Positions 1 to 13,100 of a stretch of DNA of 33,183 nucleotides are shown here, piece by piece. The notes beneath the pieces are model-generated. The model did no database searches. It was given only the letters and a program-made list of their open reading frames with translations, and was not told where the DNA came from. Position 1 is the first letter of the stretch, and every line of letters begins with the position of its first letter. The position numbers and the translations under genes are program-made. This stretch comes from Chiloscyllium plagiosum. Taxonomy: Eukaryota. The stretch is taken from positions 11,542,406 to 11,575,588 of the forward strand of contig NC_057718.1 of assembly GCF_004010195.1 (NCBI RefSeq). Reading direction: 5' to 3'.

Positions 1-745
1 GGACACCTCCTGACAATGGGCATCCCACTGCCATGGAGACCCTCCTGCCAACGGACACCCCACTGCCAATGGACATCCCTCTGCCAACGGACATGCCCCT
101 GCCAATGGACACGCCCTTGCCAATGGACACCCCACTGCCAAGGTACACCCCCCTGACAATGGACACCTCCTGACAATGGGCATCCCACTGCCATGGAGAC
201 CCTCCTGCCAACGGACACCCCACTGCCAATGGATACCCCACTGCCAAGGGACATCCCACTGCTAGTGGACACCCCAGTGCCAATGGACACCCCACTGTCA
301 ATGGACACACCCCTGCCAATGGACACCCCACTGCCAATGGACACCCCACTGCTAACATACATCCCCCTGACAATGGACACTTCCTAACAATGGACACCCC
401 ACTGCCAATGGACACCCCACTGCCATGGACACCCTCCTGCCAACACACATCCCACTGCCATGGAGACCCTCCTGCCAATGAACACCCCACTGCCAACAGA
501 TACCCCACTGCCAATGGACATCCCACTGCCAATGGACATCCCACTGCTAGTGGACACCTCACTGACAATGGACACCCCACTGCCAATGGACACCCTCCTA
601 CCAACAGACATCCCACTGCCAATGGACACCCCACTGCCAATGGACACCCCACTGCCAACGGACTTCCCACTGCCAATGGACACCCTCCTGCCATCACCAT
701 CCCCATGTCAATAGACACCCTCCTACCAATGGACAGCCCCCTGCT
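1..745. repeat. Intronic minisatellite, ~18-bp unit ATGGACACCCCACTGCCA, running off the window start
   Basis: About 40 degenerate tandem copies; the block starting at 1 recurs at 161 (160-bp higher-order period). Confidence 0.95.
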
Positions 746-971
746 AAGCTAGAGCTGAAAATGTGTTGCTGGAAAAGCGCAGCAGGTCAGGCAGGATCCA
801 GGGAACAGGAGAATCGACGTTTCGGGCATAAGCCCTTCTTCAGGAATGAGGCCCGAAACGTCGATTCTCCTGTTCCCTGGATGCTGCCTGACCTGCTGCG
901 CTTTTCCAGCAACACATTTTCAGCTCTGATCTCCAGCATCTGCAGTCCTCACTTTCTCCCTGCTAAGCTAG
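739..971. mobile_element. Palindromic Penelope-like element fragment with 14-bp direct repeats
   Basis: Arms 751-827 and 851-927 are reverse complements (77 bp, 1 mismatch); CCCTGCTAAGCTAG flanks at 739-752 and 958-971. The family assignment is from recall. Confidence 0.75.
812..847 (-). ncRNA. Minimal hammerhead ribozyme-like motif
   Basis: Minus strand 843-816 reads CTGAAGA-A-GGGC-TTAT-GCCC-GAAA-CGTC: CUGAnGA box, 4-bp stem II, GAAA box, palindromic ACGU stem III, GUC triplet; stem I is weak. Confidence 0.55.
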
Positions 972-1000
972 GCACAACAGCGGCATCTGTTACTTCTTAC

Positions 1001-1119
1001 CTGGTCGGGGTTATGCATAAGCGGACAATTATCACACATGTCTCCAACCCCATCCTGATCAGTGTCCCTCTGATCAGTGTTGTAAACAGAAGGGCAGTTG
1101 TCATTCTCATTCAGGATAT
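1001..1119 (-). CDS. THBS2: Thrombospondin exon: type-3 calcium-binding repeats
   Basis: Acceptor ATATCAACAG, donor GTAAGA; (D)[39 protein letters not shown]. Confidence 0.95.
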
Positions 1120-4100
1120 CTGTTGATATTGGAACAAATTAATTATAAGATAGCAATGATGGAACACGTCAACGTAATGATTAAATCAGCCTCAGGTTTT
1201 AATGTAACTTGATGCTCCAGGGAGAGAAAGCCCAATTTCTCAAATCTTCCCTTCGGTCTAAAATCCCTCATTCCTGGAGTCATTCCTGTAAATCTCCTTT
1301 GAATTCTCTCCTGGACTTTTAGATCTTTCATAAACAGGTGCCCTGAAGCGAACACACTACTTCAAGTGATGTCTGACCAATGATTTGTAGCGGTATAACA
1401 TTATTTCCTAAGAAACCAAGAAAGTTCTAACTGGGTTAGATTCAGCGGTGATTTTTTTTAGATTAGATTCCCTACAGTGTGAAAACAGGCCCTTCGGCCC
1501 AACAAGTCCACACCGACCTGCTGAAGAGTAACCCTCCCAGTCCCATTTCCCTCTGACTAATGCACCTAACACTATGGGCAATTTAGCATGGCCAATCCAC
1601 CTGACCTGCACATCTTTGGACTGTGGGAGGAAATCAGAGCACTGACAGGGAGAATGTGCAAACTCCACACTGACAGTCGCCCAAGGCTGGGACCTTGGTG
1701 TTGTGAGGCAACAGTGCTACCGACTGAGCCACAGTGCTACCCCATTGTATTGATGTATTCAAAATTATGAACTATTTTGACAGGGTAAAGAAGGATGTTA
1801 TGTTCTCACTAGTTGGTATGTCAGTAACTAAGGGTCATAATTTCAAAACTGTCAGCAATAGAGCTGGAGTGAGATGGGGAGTAACTTCTTTACTCAGAGA
1901 ATTGTTAGGATTTGACCACGTTGCACAGGAGAGTGGTGGAGGTTGAGGTTTCAAAAGAGAGCTGGCTATACATTTGAAAGGTGATGAGGGTTACGGAGAC
2001 AGGGCTGGAGAATGGGAGGAGCTGGGGCTGCTCTTTCAGGAGCTGTTACAGACACAATGAGCCAATTGGCTCTTACTGTGAAAACTCTATGATTCTATGT
2101 GATCCCCTCTCACAGCAGATCCCACACCAAACTTCCCATGCTCCCGGTGCTCAGCGTTCAACAGAATCACATAGCACAGGCACAGGCCATTCAGCCCAGT
2201 TCATCCTGACCCTGTGAGTATGCTGCACACAAGCTGTCTGCCAACCTACTTCAAGCACCTCTAACAGTATTTCCTTCCAATCCTCTCTCCCTCACGCACG
2301 TATTCCCACTTCCCCTTAAATGCATCACTGTAATTTGCCTCAGCTACTCCTCAGCTCAAATCACCCTAGTCTCTGGGTAAAGGAGGAGCTACTGAATTCT
2401 CCCTTTTTGAACACTTTATTGAAAGGCAAAATAACATAAAATTACACAAAGCAAGCACAGTCTACAGCAGTGATCAGTGGAGGCTGGGACGTTAAATGTC
2501 TTCAAGGCAGAGATTGATAAATTGTTAATCTCACAAGGAATTAAGGGCTACGGGGAGAGTGTGGGTAAGTGGTGTTGAAGTGCCCATCAGCCAGGATTGA
2601 ATGGCGAGTGGACTCGATGGGCCGAATGGCCTTACTTCCGCTCCTATGTCTTATGGTTCTTAATACTAGAGACTGATATGCATTGACTCCAGCTTTAATC
2701 TCCTACAAATATGGGAAAATGTACTTTCTGTTCACCTGATCAACTTCGGAGGTCAGTTCAAACAGGCTGGCGTTTTCCTTTCTCTAGCAGACATTGTGGA
2801 TGGTAATAATCCCTCAATTACTTGGACCCATTTTCACCACAATCCCCCACCCCCCCCTCCCCCGCCAAGGGCTCAATTACAAAGTGGAATTGAGAACCCT
2901 CTGACGGTCACTCCTGGTGGGCAGGTGAACTGGCCCATCCCTTAGCACACTCACCGTCTCCGTCAATGTCAACTGAACAGGCATCACCTTCCCCATCCCC
3001 GTCAGTGTCGATCTGCGCTGGGTTGTGGTCGTAAGGACAATTGTCACAACGATCACCCACATCGTCCTTATCATAATCAAACTGCTGTGGGTTATAGAGG
3101 AGAGGGCAATTGTCCTACAAAAAAAAATAAGGAAAACCATCAAAGGATTACCTGTGCGGATTCAAGTCACGCGGGTGGATAGGTTATGACAGACTTTATT
3201 GGTGGGTGAAGCAAAAAGCAGCTTCCGGAACTCACCCTCTCGTCATTTCTGCCATCGTTATCGTCATCTTTGTCGCAAGCATCACCCACTCCATCCCTGT
3301 CAAAGTCCTCTTGTCCAGAGTTGGGCAGGTGAGGGCAGTTATCCTGTTTGGGAGATTAAAACAAAGCGGAAGTTATTGGAGCGTCAGGGGCGGAGGTTGT
3401 ATTCACAGACAGAACCCTTATCGCGAAGGATGTGATTCCTTTTCAAACGCAGTTGGGAAATTGCCCACACCATGTCTCATTTTGAGTTATCAAAGTCCTG
3501 AAGTTCTGCAGGGCTGATTTGCAATTTGCCCAAACTGTTCCAGAAAGCTCTGCGAGAAATACTGCTTTTAAAAAAAAAACAGTGCCCTGGCAACTATTTA
3601 TTGCAAGAGTTTTCTTTATCTGTCTGGCCTACTTTGATAAGTTTTCCAGCACTGACGACATCTGAGTGGATGACTATTACTGCTATTATCTGCAATGATT
3701 TGACTGGAGGGGGCTCTGGTACAAGACACAGCTACAGTTCATCTGTCAGAAAGCATGACAGAGATCCCTCCTTCCTCAGACATAAGATCCCATGGCAAAG
3801 CCATTTCTCATTCTCAAGGAAATGGGTCAACTGTGTTCATTTTCTGTGGATCACCACAACAGTGAATCCTTTCCTTCCAACTCCTTCTTCCACAGCTGAT
3901 GTCTGTCTGACTGCAGTAATCTTAAAGTTCAGAGATTAATGCTGTTTCCTAACAACAAATTAGCATCAGGCAGTCAGTGATGGCACTAGCAAACTCGTTT
4001 TACTTTTAAATTCTCTGTCGGCAACATTACCTTCGCTGGCAAAATTGGCATTTCTTACCCATCCCTAGTAGCCCTGGATACCACTGGGTTGCAGGTCAAT

Positions 4101-7100
4101 CACCTCCTGGAGCCACAGATAAATCCAGAGAGGGTGAGCATGGGCAGATTCATTTCACTGAAGGGTGTCAAGGAAACCGGTTCGATTTTTAACAGCAGTC
4201 TAACATCTCCATGATCCCAGCTTTTCGTTTCCAGTTTTTAATATTTAAGCTGGAAGAAACTATGCTTAGGGCAGAGTTCATAGAAATCTAACACTCGGGG
4301 GAGGTCAGTGCTCTGAGGCTGGAATTGGAGTTGGAACTGGAAAAAGTCTGCTCTAATCTCCCTCATACTCACTCGCATCGTCACAGACAGAATTCATATG
4401 TGAGAACATCAAAGTCTAAGGTCACTGCAGTGCACCATGTGCATTAAAATGGAAAGAATTAAGAGACACAGGAATTCATTATCATAGACTCTCTTCAATG
4501 CAGAAAGAGGCCATTCGGCCCATCAAGTCTGTACTGACCCTGCAAAAACTATCCCACTCCAGCCCTATAATCTTAGACTGTGGGAGGAAGCCCTAGCAGA
4601 CAATGTGCAAACCCCATGCAGACAGTTGCCCAAGGCCATGGGTCCCGAGCACTGTGAGGTAGCAGTGCTAACCATTATGCCACAGTGCCATTCTCTCATT
4701 TTGCTGGTAACACTGTCAGCATTAACTTCACATTCTACTAAACTACAGACGTTAAACATGCTTGAATAAATCCCAAGCTTGCAAGAGAAAAGGTGAGAGG
4801 TGGATAGAGAAGGAGTCAGTGAGAGACCTGCAGTGACTCAGAGCACAAGAGAGACAGCTACAGTGACAATAATGGATCAGTGAGACACAGACAGAGGGGG
4901 CAAAGGAGACAGAAACAAAAACAGAGGTATTGACAAACACAGCTGACAGAGAGAGACACTGCTAAAAAGGAGGGAGAGTAAGAGTGATGAAGTAAGGGAG
5001 AGGGCAGATAAGAGATAAAGGAACAGAGTGAGAGACACAGAGGAAGAAAGAAAGAGAGACAGTCTTAATCACTAACAGGTGAAAGATCGAGTGGGGAATA
5101 TTTTCCTTCCAAACATGCTTGTGTATCAGTTTTGCTTTTCCTGACGTAATTGTTGGGTGGAAGATTTCTGCCTGGAGGAAGCTGGCTGGAAGATTCTCCA
5201 GCGACATGACTGGCGTCAAAACTCTCCATTCAAAATGTGGAACATATCTGGAGTCTATTCTCACCCACATGATAGCTACAGGATGGTGGATTCTCTTTCT
5301 AGTTTTCCAGCTCTGGACTCATTTCTTTTTCCCTCTGGAAACAAGATTGTCGGACAATTTGTTTAAAATAAAAAGATAAATGATCTTTTTTGGAATTGTC
5401 CCACGTGAAGCTGGATCAGGGTCACAGGCTGTGTGCACGTCATGGGTCAGTAAAAAATGTTCACTGTCAATTCAGCGTGTCTCAATGTCTGACCCCGAGA
5501 TTAACCTGCAATTCCAAAATACACACCAAGTGTCTCACTGATTCGAACACTGACCATGTGACGTATCACTGGCCACTCGAGCCTTGGTGTTACTTTGTTT
5601 GAATAGTTGTACCATATCAGATTGCTGGGTGCGTAATTCTGCCATTCTGATGGATTGGTGCAAAACTGTACAGTACAAGAGGAGGACGTTCTACCCAACA
5701 GGTCTTTCCTGGTGTTTCTGCTCCAAACAAGCTTCTCCCAGATCCGTCTTCATCGAAACCCATCAATACATCCTTCTATTCCTTTCTCCTTCAAGCCTTT
5801 ATTTAACTTTACCTTGCATGCGTCTATCCTACATGAGCAGGTCAGGGGCTGGAACCCTGTAGTGAGTAACTTCCTGGCTTCCTAAAATCTGTCTATCATC
5901 TACAAGGCCCAAGTCAGGAGTGTGATGGAATACTCCCCACTTGCCTGGATGGGGGCAGCTCCAACAACACTCAAGAAGCTTGACACCACCCAGGACAAAG
6001 CAGCCCACCTGATTGGCACCACATCCACAAACATCCACTCCCTCCACCTGTTACTGATGCTCAGTAGCAGTAATGTGTACTTATCTACAAGACGCACCAC
6101 AGAATCTTCTAAGCTCATGACCACTTCCATCTAGAAGGACAAGGGCAACAGATACATGGGAATACCAACCCTTGCAAGTTCCCCTCTCAGCCACTCACCG
6201 TCCTGACCTCAGAATATATCGCCATTCTGGGTGAAAATCCTGGAATTCCCTCCCTGACGGCATTGTGGCTTCTGTACACCACAGGGACTGCAGTAGTTCA
6301 TGAAGACAGCTCACGTTCTCATTAGCAGTTAGGAATGGATAAGAAGTGGTGGCCCAGCCAGTGATGTCCATATCCCATCATTAAATAATAATAAAAAAAA
6401 CAATCCACTCAACTGCTCCTTGTGGTGGCTTGCCTCACATTCTAACCACTCTGAATATTCTCCAGAATTCCTTATAGGATTTACAAATTCGTAATGGGAT
6501 TTATGAGTGACTATTGTGTCTATAATCACAAACTCTGATTCCCCCACCACATGGAGACATCTTCTCTATTCCCACCCTATCAAGCTCCTTCAGAATTTAA
6601 ACACCTCCCTGAGATCAACTTCCTTGCAGGGAAATTAGCTGTAGCCTGTTCACTTTCTCCTGACTTTTATAACCACTCAGTTCTGCGATCAAAATTGCAA
6701 AAGTGCTCTATGCCCTTCTTGTCCAATGGAGGTTCAGCATTCCACATGCAGTTGAACCAGAATTAGATACAAGTCCAAAGTAACTTCACTTTTCAATTCT
6801 ATCTCTCTCTAGAAATGAACTCAAGAGTTTTGTTTGCACTTATTTTAATGGTCCTTCCGACCATGTCTTTGGAAACAATCATTTGCATATCTATATCCCC
6901 AGATCTTTTCTTCTTCTATCAGTTGCTTCCCATTGGTCAATAACCAGGGGGCATTGATTTAAAGGAAGGTTAACAGGAGAGTTGAAGAGAATTTTCTTTC
7001 ACCCTGAAGGTGGAGGTAGAGTCAGAGTCACTGCCTGAAAAAGATGGTTGAGTCACAAACCCTCATAGTTTGTCAGCAGTGTTTAGTTGTTCACTCATGT

Positions 7101-10100
7101 TGCCAGAACCTCAGGGCTATGGGCTAAGAGCTGGGGAAAAGAAGCTGAAAAATGGGATTAGTATAGTCAGACCTTTGTTAATTGGCATGGATATGATGGG
7201 CAAAATGGCCTACTTCTGTGCTGTAAACATATTTTTGTCTATACTATTAGATTCTTATCATCTTTCAGAGGTGACTACCTCAATCTTCCTTTCAAGGGAA
7301 GTACACCACTGCACACTGAAGGATATCAAAATTCACAGGAGATCCACTCTGCATGTTTATTGACACCTACCTCTTGTATTCTGAATGCCCCTGTGTTACC
7401 CATGTCCTTACCTTCTTACAGTGGTACGTAGCATTGGCTGTGCAAGCCAGCTCCTCATTGGGCCAGCCATCCAAGTCAGAATCTTCTCCACAAACAATGC
7501 CATCCCCAGCATACCCGATCCGACAGCTGCACTTGTACAGGGGGTCACTGAAAAGACCCAGGTAGATACACCTGGCATATTTGTGGCAGTTATGGGACTT
7601 ATCCTTACACGGGTTATGGGGCTCACAGACCTGCGGGAACAAACACACCAGGGTCACAGTAACAGCCACAACCTGAACCGAGATATTGAGCGAGTACAAT
7701 GTCCCTCAGTGAGAAAGTGAGGACTACAGATGCTGGAGATCAGAGTCCAAAAGTGTGGTGCTGGAAAAGCACAGCTGGTCAGGAATGATGAAGGGATCAT
7801 GCTCAAAATGTCGACTCTCCTGCTCCTCAGATGCTGCCTGGCCGGCTGTGCTTTTCCAGCACCACAATTTTTGACAATGTCCCTCAGGCACTTCACAGGA
7901 GCAATAACAGACAAAACCCAACACTGATCCATGCAAGGAACATATTAGGCCAAGGGGATCAGCCAATTGATGAAAGGTAAGATTTGTGGAGCTTCTAAGA
8001 CTCAGAATGAGGGTGTGAAGTGGATAGGTTCATAGAGAGGACTCCAGTGCTCACTGCCTAAAGTTACCATTTTCACCCAATAGGTATATCTAGCAAACCT
8101 ACACCATCCTGCAGCCATACTATTCCTAATGTCTTATGTACAATGCTAGAGGCAGATTGAGGGAACACACTATCCTTAGAAATTAGTTTCTTTTTGGCAT
8201 GAAATACATCAGTTGAGTAAAGACTGAAAGAAAGAAGTTGCGTTTATGTAGCACCTCCCCTCAGTTCAGCACTACCTGAGGATTTCAGTCAGTGAGGTAC
8301 TTTTTGAAGATGTTGTAATGTGACGCATGTGGCAGCCATCTTGCGTCCAGCAAACTCCCTCAAACAGCAATGTGAATATGAGCAGCTAATCTGCTTTTGA
8401 AATACTGGTTGATAAATACTCATCCCTGTTCTTCTTGGAAGTGGTGACGAAAGGGTCTTTTAAATTCACCTCAGAAGCCTCAATTTTAATATCCCATCTG
8501 AAAGACAGCCCTTCCGATTGTACAGCAGTCACACGCATCGGACATAACTGTAGAGTGTCTGTATGGGCCACATGCTCACATCTCCACGGTGAGACTTCAG
8601 ACTATAACCTTCAGCCCGAGAACTGCAACCATCGGACCAAGGCTAACACATTGAGAGAGAGTTCCTGTTTGTGCTGCCAATAGTGCATTGGTCAATTAAC
8701 CATGAATCTGTCTGTCTGCTTTTCATTTTCATTTTAAGTTGCTCGTACTTACTTTATCCGTACGGTGATCAAGGCTCAGTAAATTCGGGCTTGAGTTTTG
8801 AATCCAAAAGCATTTGATCTGACATGCAGTCTGAGCTCCAAACATTGTGACTACCACAGGGAACTAACTAATGATGTCAGAAATATGGAGCCAGGGATAC
8901 ACGTGTGCTTCGGCGCTGGGCGCTGATTGAAGCACCCTAGGGGAGGTGACCTTGGGGGTTAAGCCCAGTGGTTTGCCCAGTGTGTTTGTACTTGCTGTAA
9001 AAGGTGGGAGACCCACAACCTGCTGGAAACACAAACGCACATCCTGCCCTCCATTTTGTGGACATTTCTCAGCCACCTGCAGCCTGAAAATCCAATCCAA
9101 TTTCTAGGCCATATTAATCTACACGGCTGTAATACTGAAGGCTTATTTTATCCCTAATGATCCCACTTTGTGCCCTCCTTACTTGCTTGTTGGTCTTGGC
9201 CACTTCGATTCCCAAGCCGAAGGGTTGGTTCCCTCGGTAACGCGGTGGGCAGGGCAGACAGTGAAACCCGGGCTCCGTATTGACACATCGCTGAACTCCA
9301 TTCACTTGGTGGCAAACATCAGAGACTTCATCACACTGCAACAGAGAGGCAAATAAAGATCAGCAGGGTTCCGAGAGATCTCTGGCCCACCATGTTTTGA
9401 ATCCCAACTGCCTCCCTGATGTCCCCGTACCTCATTGATGTCCTCGCAGAATGTCCCGTTGCCCCGGTAACCAGGAGGACATGGCCCACAATCCCAAGAG
9501 CCATCTGGGGAACTGCTGCACTCCACCCCAGCAAAGCATGGATTGGAGAGGCACCCGTCTGTCAATAGATAGTGTTCGAGAATTGAGTGGACTCTCCGCA
9601 CTGTAGGAAATCTCATCTAATCTAAACAACCCGACAACAAATGGCTTAATGACCTCAGAGAAACTGGAGAGTGAGACAGACCTCCCAGTTCCTACTCCGT
9701 CATCAGAGGAGAACTGCATTTTGTAATTACTTTTATATTGAAATCTTCACAACATTTTAACATTTCGCACATGATCTCTAACTTAATGATCATCTCATGA
9801 CAATGTTATAAATTACGATTGCTTGCTTTCTATGAGCTTTCAATAAACAATGTGTAAAGGAAGAGAAAGTGAGAAGCTCTCGTGACCGTAGAGAGCCACA
9901 GTATCAAAACCATCTCAGTGATTTCATCCACTGGATTGGATTGTTAGAAAACCTGAACAGGTTTACCAACCTGGTCTGGGGAGAAAGAAAGGCCCATTCA
10001 TTCATGACTCCAGGCCAGTGTGATTGACTCATCTCAAAAGTGGCTGAGCAAGTGAATCAAAGGCAATAAGCATTCGGAGAATGAACATCTTTCAATAAAT

Positions 10101-13100
10101 ACAGTTAAAGGAAATAGCCATGCGCCTTCCAAAAACAAAAATCACGTCCCACGTGCTTCCACCTACCAATTGGGCAGACGTTGTTGTTACATATTTTACT
10201 GTCCTTGGCATCTCCCAGGCACTTCTTGCCTCCGTACTTGGGCACTGGATTATTGCAGGTGCGTTTGCGCTCATGCAATCCCCCGCCACACGTGGCTGTG
10301 CAGACAGACCATGGGGACCAGGGGCTCCAGTTACCGTCAACTGTGAAGGAACAAGGCAGCCAGTCAGTCAGTGAGCCGGTGATCTGAGGAGGAGGCTGGT
10401 GAAGTCTTTCACAAGGCAGCCTGATGCGTGGGGGCAGCAAGTGTGACACAGATAGACAGACCAAGAAAACTGACTCCCAATGATTTTTCTGGTGCCCATC
10501 AATAGCAGAGGAACAAAGTGGGGGGAAGGAGCCCGCTGTTCTTCTCAGTTGACACAATGGGCTCATAAAGAGACCCATTCCTGATCTCCGAACTCTAAAT
10601 GAATGAAAATGTAAACCCAAAATCTGAAGTCAAAAGGGGGACAAACAACTGAAACAATCTTTCTGGCAGCCCAGAAGACTTTGGAAGCCTCAGACCATAT
10701 CCTGGATGCAACGTGAGAAGAGATGAGGGATATGGTCTTGGCCCTGTCTGGGATTGTGCCCTCATTCTGTCCTTTCGTATCAACATTGAAACCTGCCCAA
10801 CATTTTAATCTGGTCTTTCCTCAGATGTTGACAGATCTGCCATCACGCTTTCCCACCATTTTCTGACACAGAAATATAGAACCTTCCTGAACAGGAACAG
10901 GCCATTCAGCCTCATCGTGCTAGTATAGCGCTGGCTCTCAGAGAGGTTTTAATTTCAGTTTCACTCCCTTGCTTGTTCCCCCACAGCGCGACAACGTTTC
11001 CCCTTTAATTATGAATCCAATTCCCTACTGAATGTCATCCATTAGTCTTTCAGAAAATCCATTACAGATCACAATAACTTGCTGCATGAAAAAAAACTCA
11101 AATCCCACCTGCATCTTTCACTGTTTACCTTAAACTGTGCCTTGATTCTGACCCTCTGGAGTGGACTGATTTTCCCTATTCTAGGAAAAGCTTCCAGGAT
11201 TTTGAATGAGTCTGTCAAATCTCCACTTAACCTTCCCCGCTTGAAGGACACCACTTTTTCATTTTCCTGCCTCTCTACAGAACTTGGCTCCCTCAGCGTG
11301 GATACCAGGCTGATACATCTCTTCTGAACTCTCTGCCCACTTGCCTACAGTGTGCCACCAGGAACTTGCCAGTGTCCGCTTTTTCAGACCCTGTTGATCG
11401 TAGGTAAGAGCAACTTAATAATACAGTCGTGACACATTGAGGATTAACTGCTAGGCCATAGCTGAAACCATAAGCCAAAACCGAACATTACCTCAAAGCA
11501 GACACAGAGGAGTAGCAGCCAAACAGCCACAGGAGTGGACTTACTGGGGCATGGAGCTTTTATGCATTGTTTTGTCTCCCGTCCGTTCCCCTGACAATCC
11601 TGGCCATCCAGCTGTGGTACCGGTGAGTTACAGAGTCGGATGCGGGTGGTAATGCCTTCATCACAGGTGACTGAACACGGTGACCAGGGAGACCAGTGGC
11701 TCCAACCACCATCCTGACGAACTAAAGACACAAATCTTCACATCAGCAACAGGGAACGAGACGGTGACATATACACCGCTGCCCAAATTGACAACAGATC
11801 AACTGATGCATTGAATGGAAGATAATCAAGACTTACCCCAAGCATTTATTTTATACATATAGTGGCACGGTGTCTCAAGTGGTTAGCAGTGCTACCTCAC
11901 TGGGTTCGATTCCAGCCTCAGGTGACTGTCTGTGTGGTGTTTGCACATTCTCCCCGTGTCTGCTTGGATTTCCTCCCACAGTCCAAACATGTGCAAGTTA
12001 GATGAATTGGCCAAGCCTAAATTGCCCATAGTGTTCAGGGATGTATAGGTTAGACGCATTAGTCGGGGAAATGGAGAGGGCTGGGTTACTCTTCAGAGGG
12101 TCAGTGTGGACTTGTTGGGCCAAAGGGCATTTTCCCACACTGTTGGGATTCTGTAGGCATTCTATGGCATGGCAGGGAGAAGCAGACTGAGACAGCCACA
12201 TGACCTATCAAAGGCAGGGATACTGAATATAATCATAGCTTAATGGGGACAAGGCAGGAAGGTGGAGTTGAATCAGCCATGATCACACTGAATGGCAGAA
12301 CAGACTCAACATGCCAATGGCCTACTTCTGGTCATATGGTCTTCTCAACAGTGTTGACATGGCCTATACCACTGATCCTTCATCATCACTGAGTAAGGAT
12401 CCTGGAACTTCTCCCTAACAGCACAACTGTCTCATTTTCACCAGGCTGCAGAAACTGTCACCTTCTCAACGGCTGTTAGGGATGGGCGTTAAACTCTTCA
12501 CCAATTTACTCGAGTTCTTTGATGGAGTAAAATGTGCTGTGGCTGTAGGGAGAGGGCCCTGTAGATGTACTGTGCTGAGATTTCCATTAGGCATTAGAGT
12601 AGGTGCCACATCATAGCTTCTCTGTTCCCATGGAAACGGGAGCCAATGAGGCATCAGATGCAGCTTCTGTGGGAGCAGAACTTTCTAATCACTGCTCCCA
12701 ATGGAATAAACCTGTTGGGCGGATTGTGCTTGGGTGAAGGATGACTACATTCCAACCCATCTCCTTCTTCTTAACCACACCCGCCATCACATATCCCAAA
12801 ACAAAAACTGCAATCGGATATTACAGGTGAAATCTGACATTAGGATTGGGATGGGGACTCCAGTCTGAGCCTAGTGCTGCCGTAGGCCTGGGTCCCTGCC
12901 ATTTACATGAACACAGGGAGCTCCGAGGACCCTGGTTATTGGACCCTGATGTACTAACCACCCCATCCCTCTGCTGTTCTGGCCCCAGTTTTTGATGGGT
13001 CTGTCCGAGAGGGGAACTGGGTGTTCAACCTCCACTTGCTGGTTACATTGGAGACGTCACACTGATGTACCACAAGGCTTTGACTTTCTCAGTCAAAGCC

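Noticed and set aside
1..745. CRISPR-like array
   Set aside because: Contiguous degenerate units with no unique spacers and no cas genes; vertebrate intron context
193..752. Repeat-protein ORFs (MDTPLP)n / (ANGHPT)n / (SIGSGV)n
   Set aside because: By-product of a stop-poor 18-bp minisatellite, open in several frames on both strands and located inside an intron
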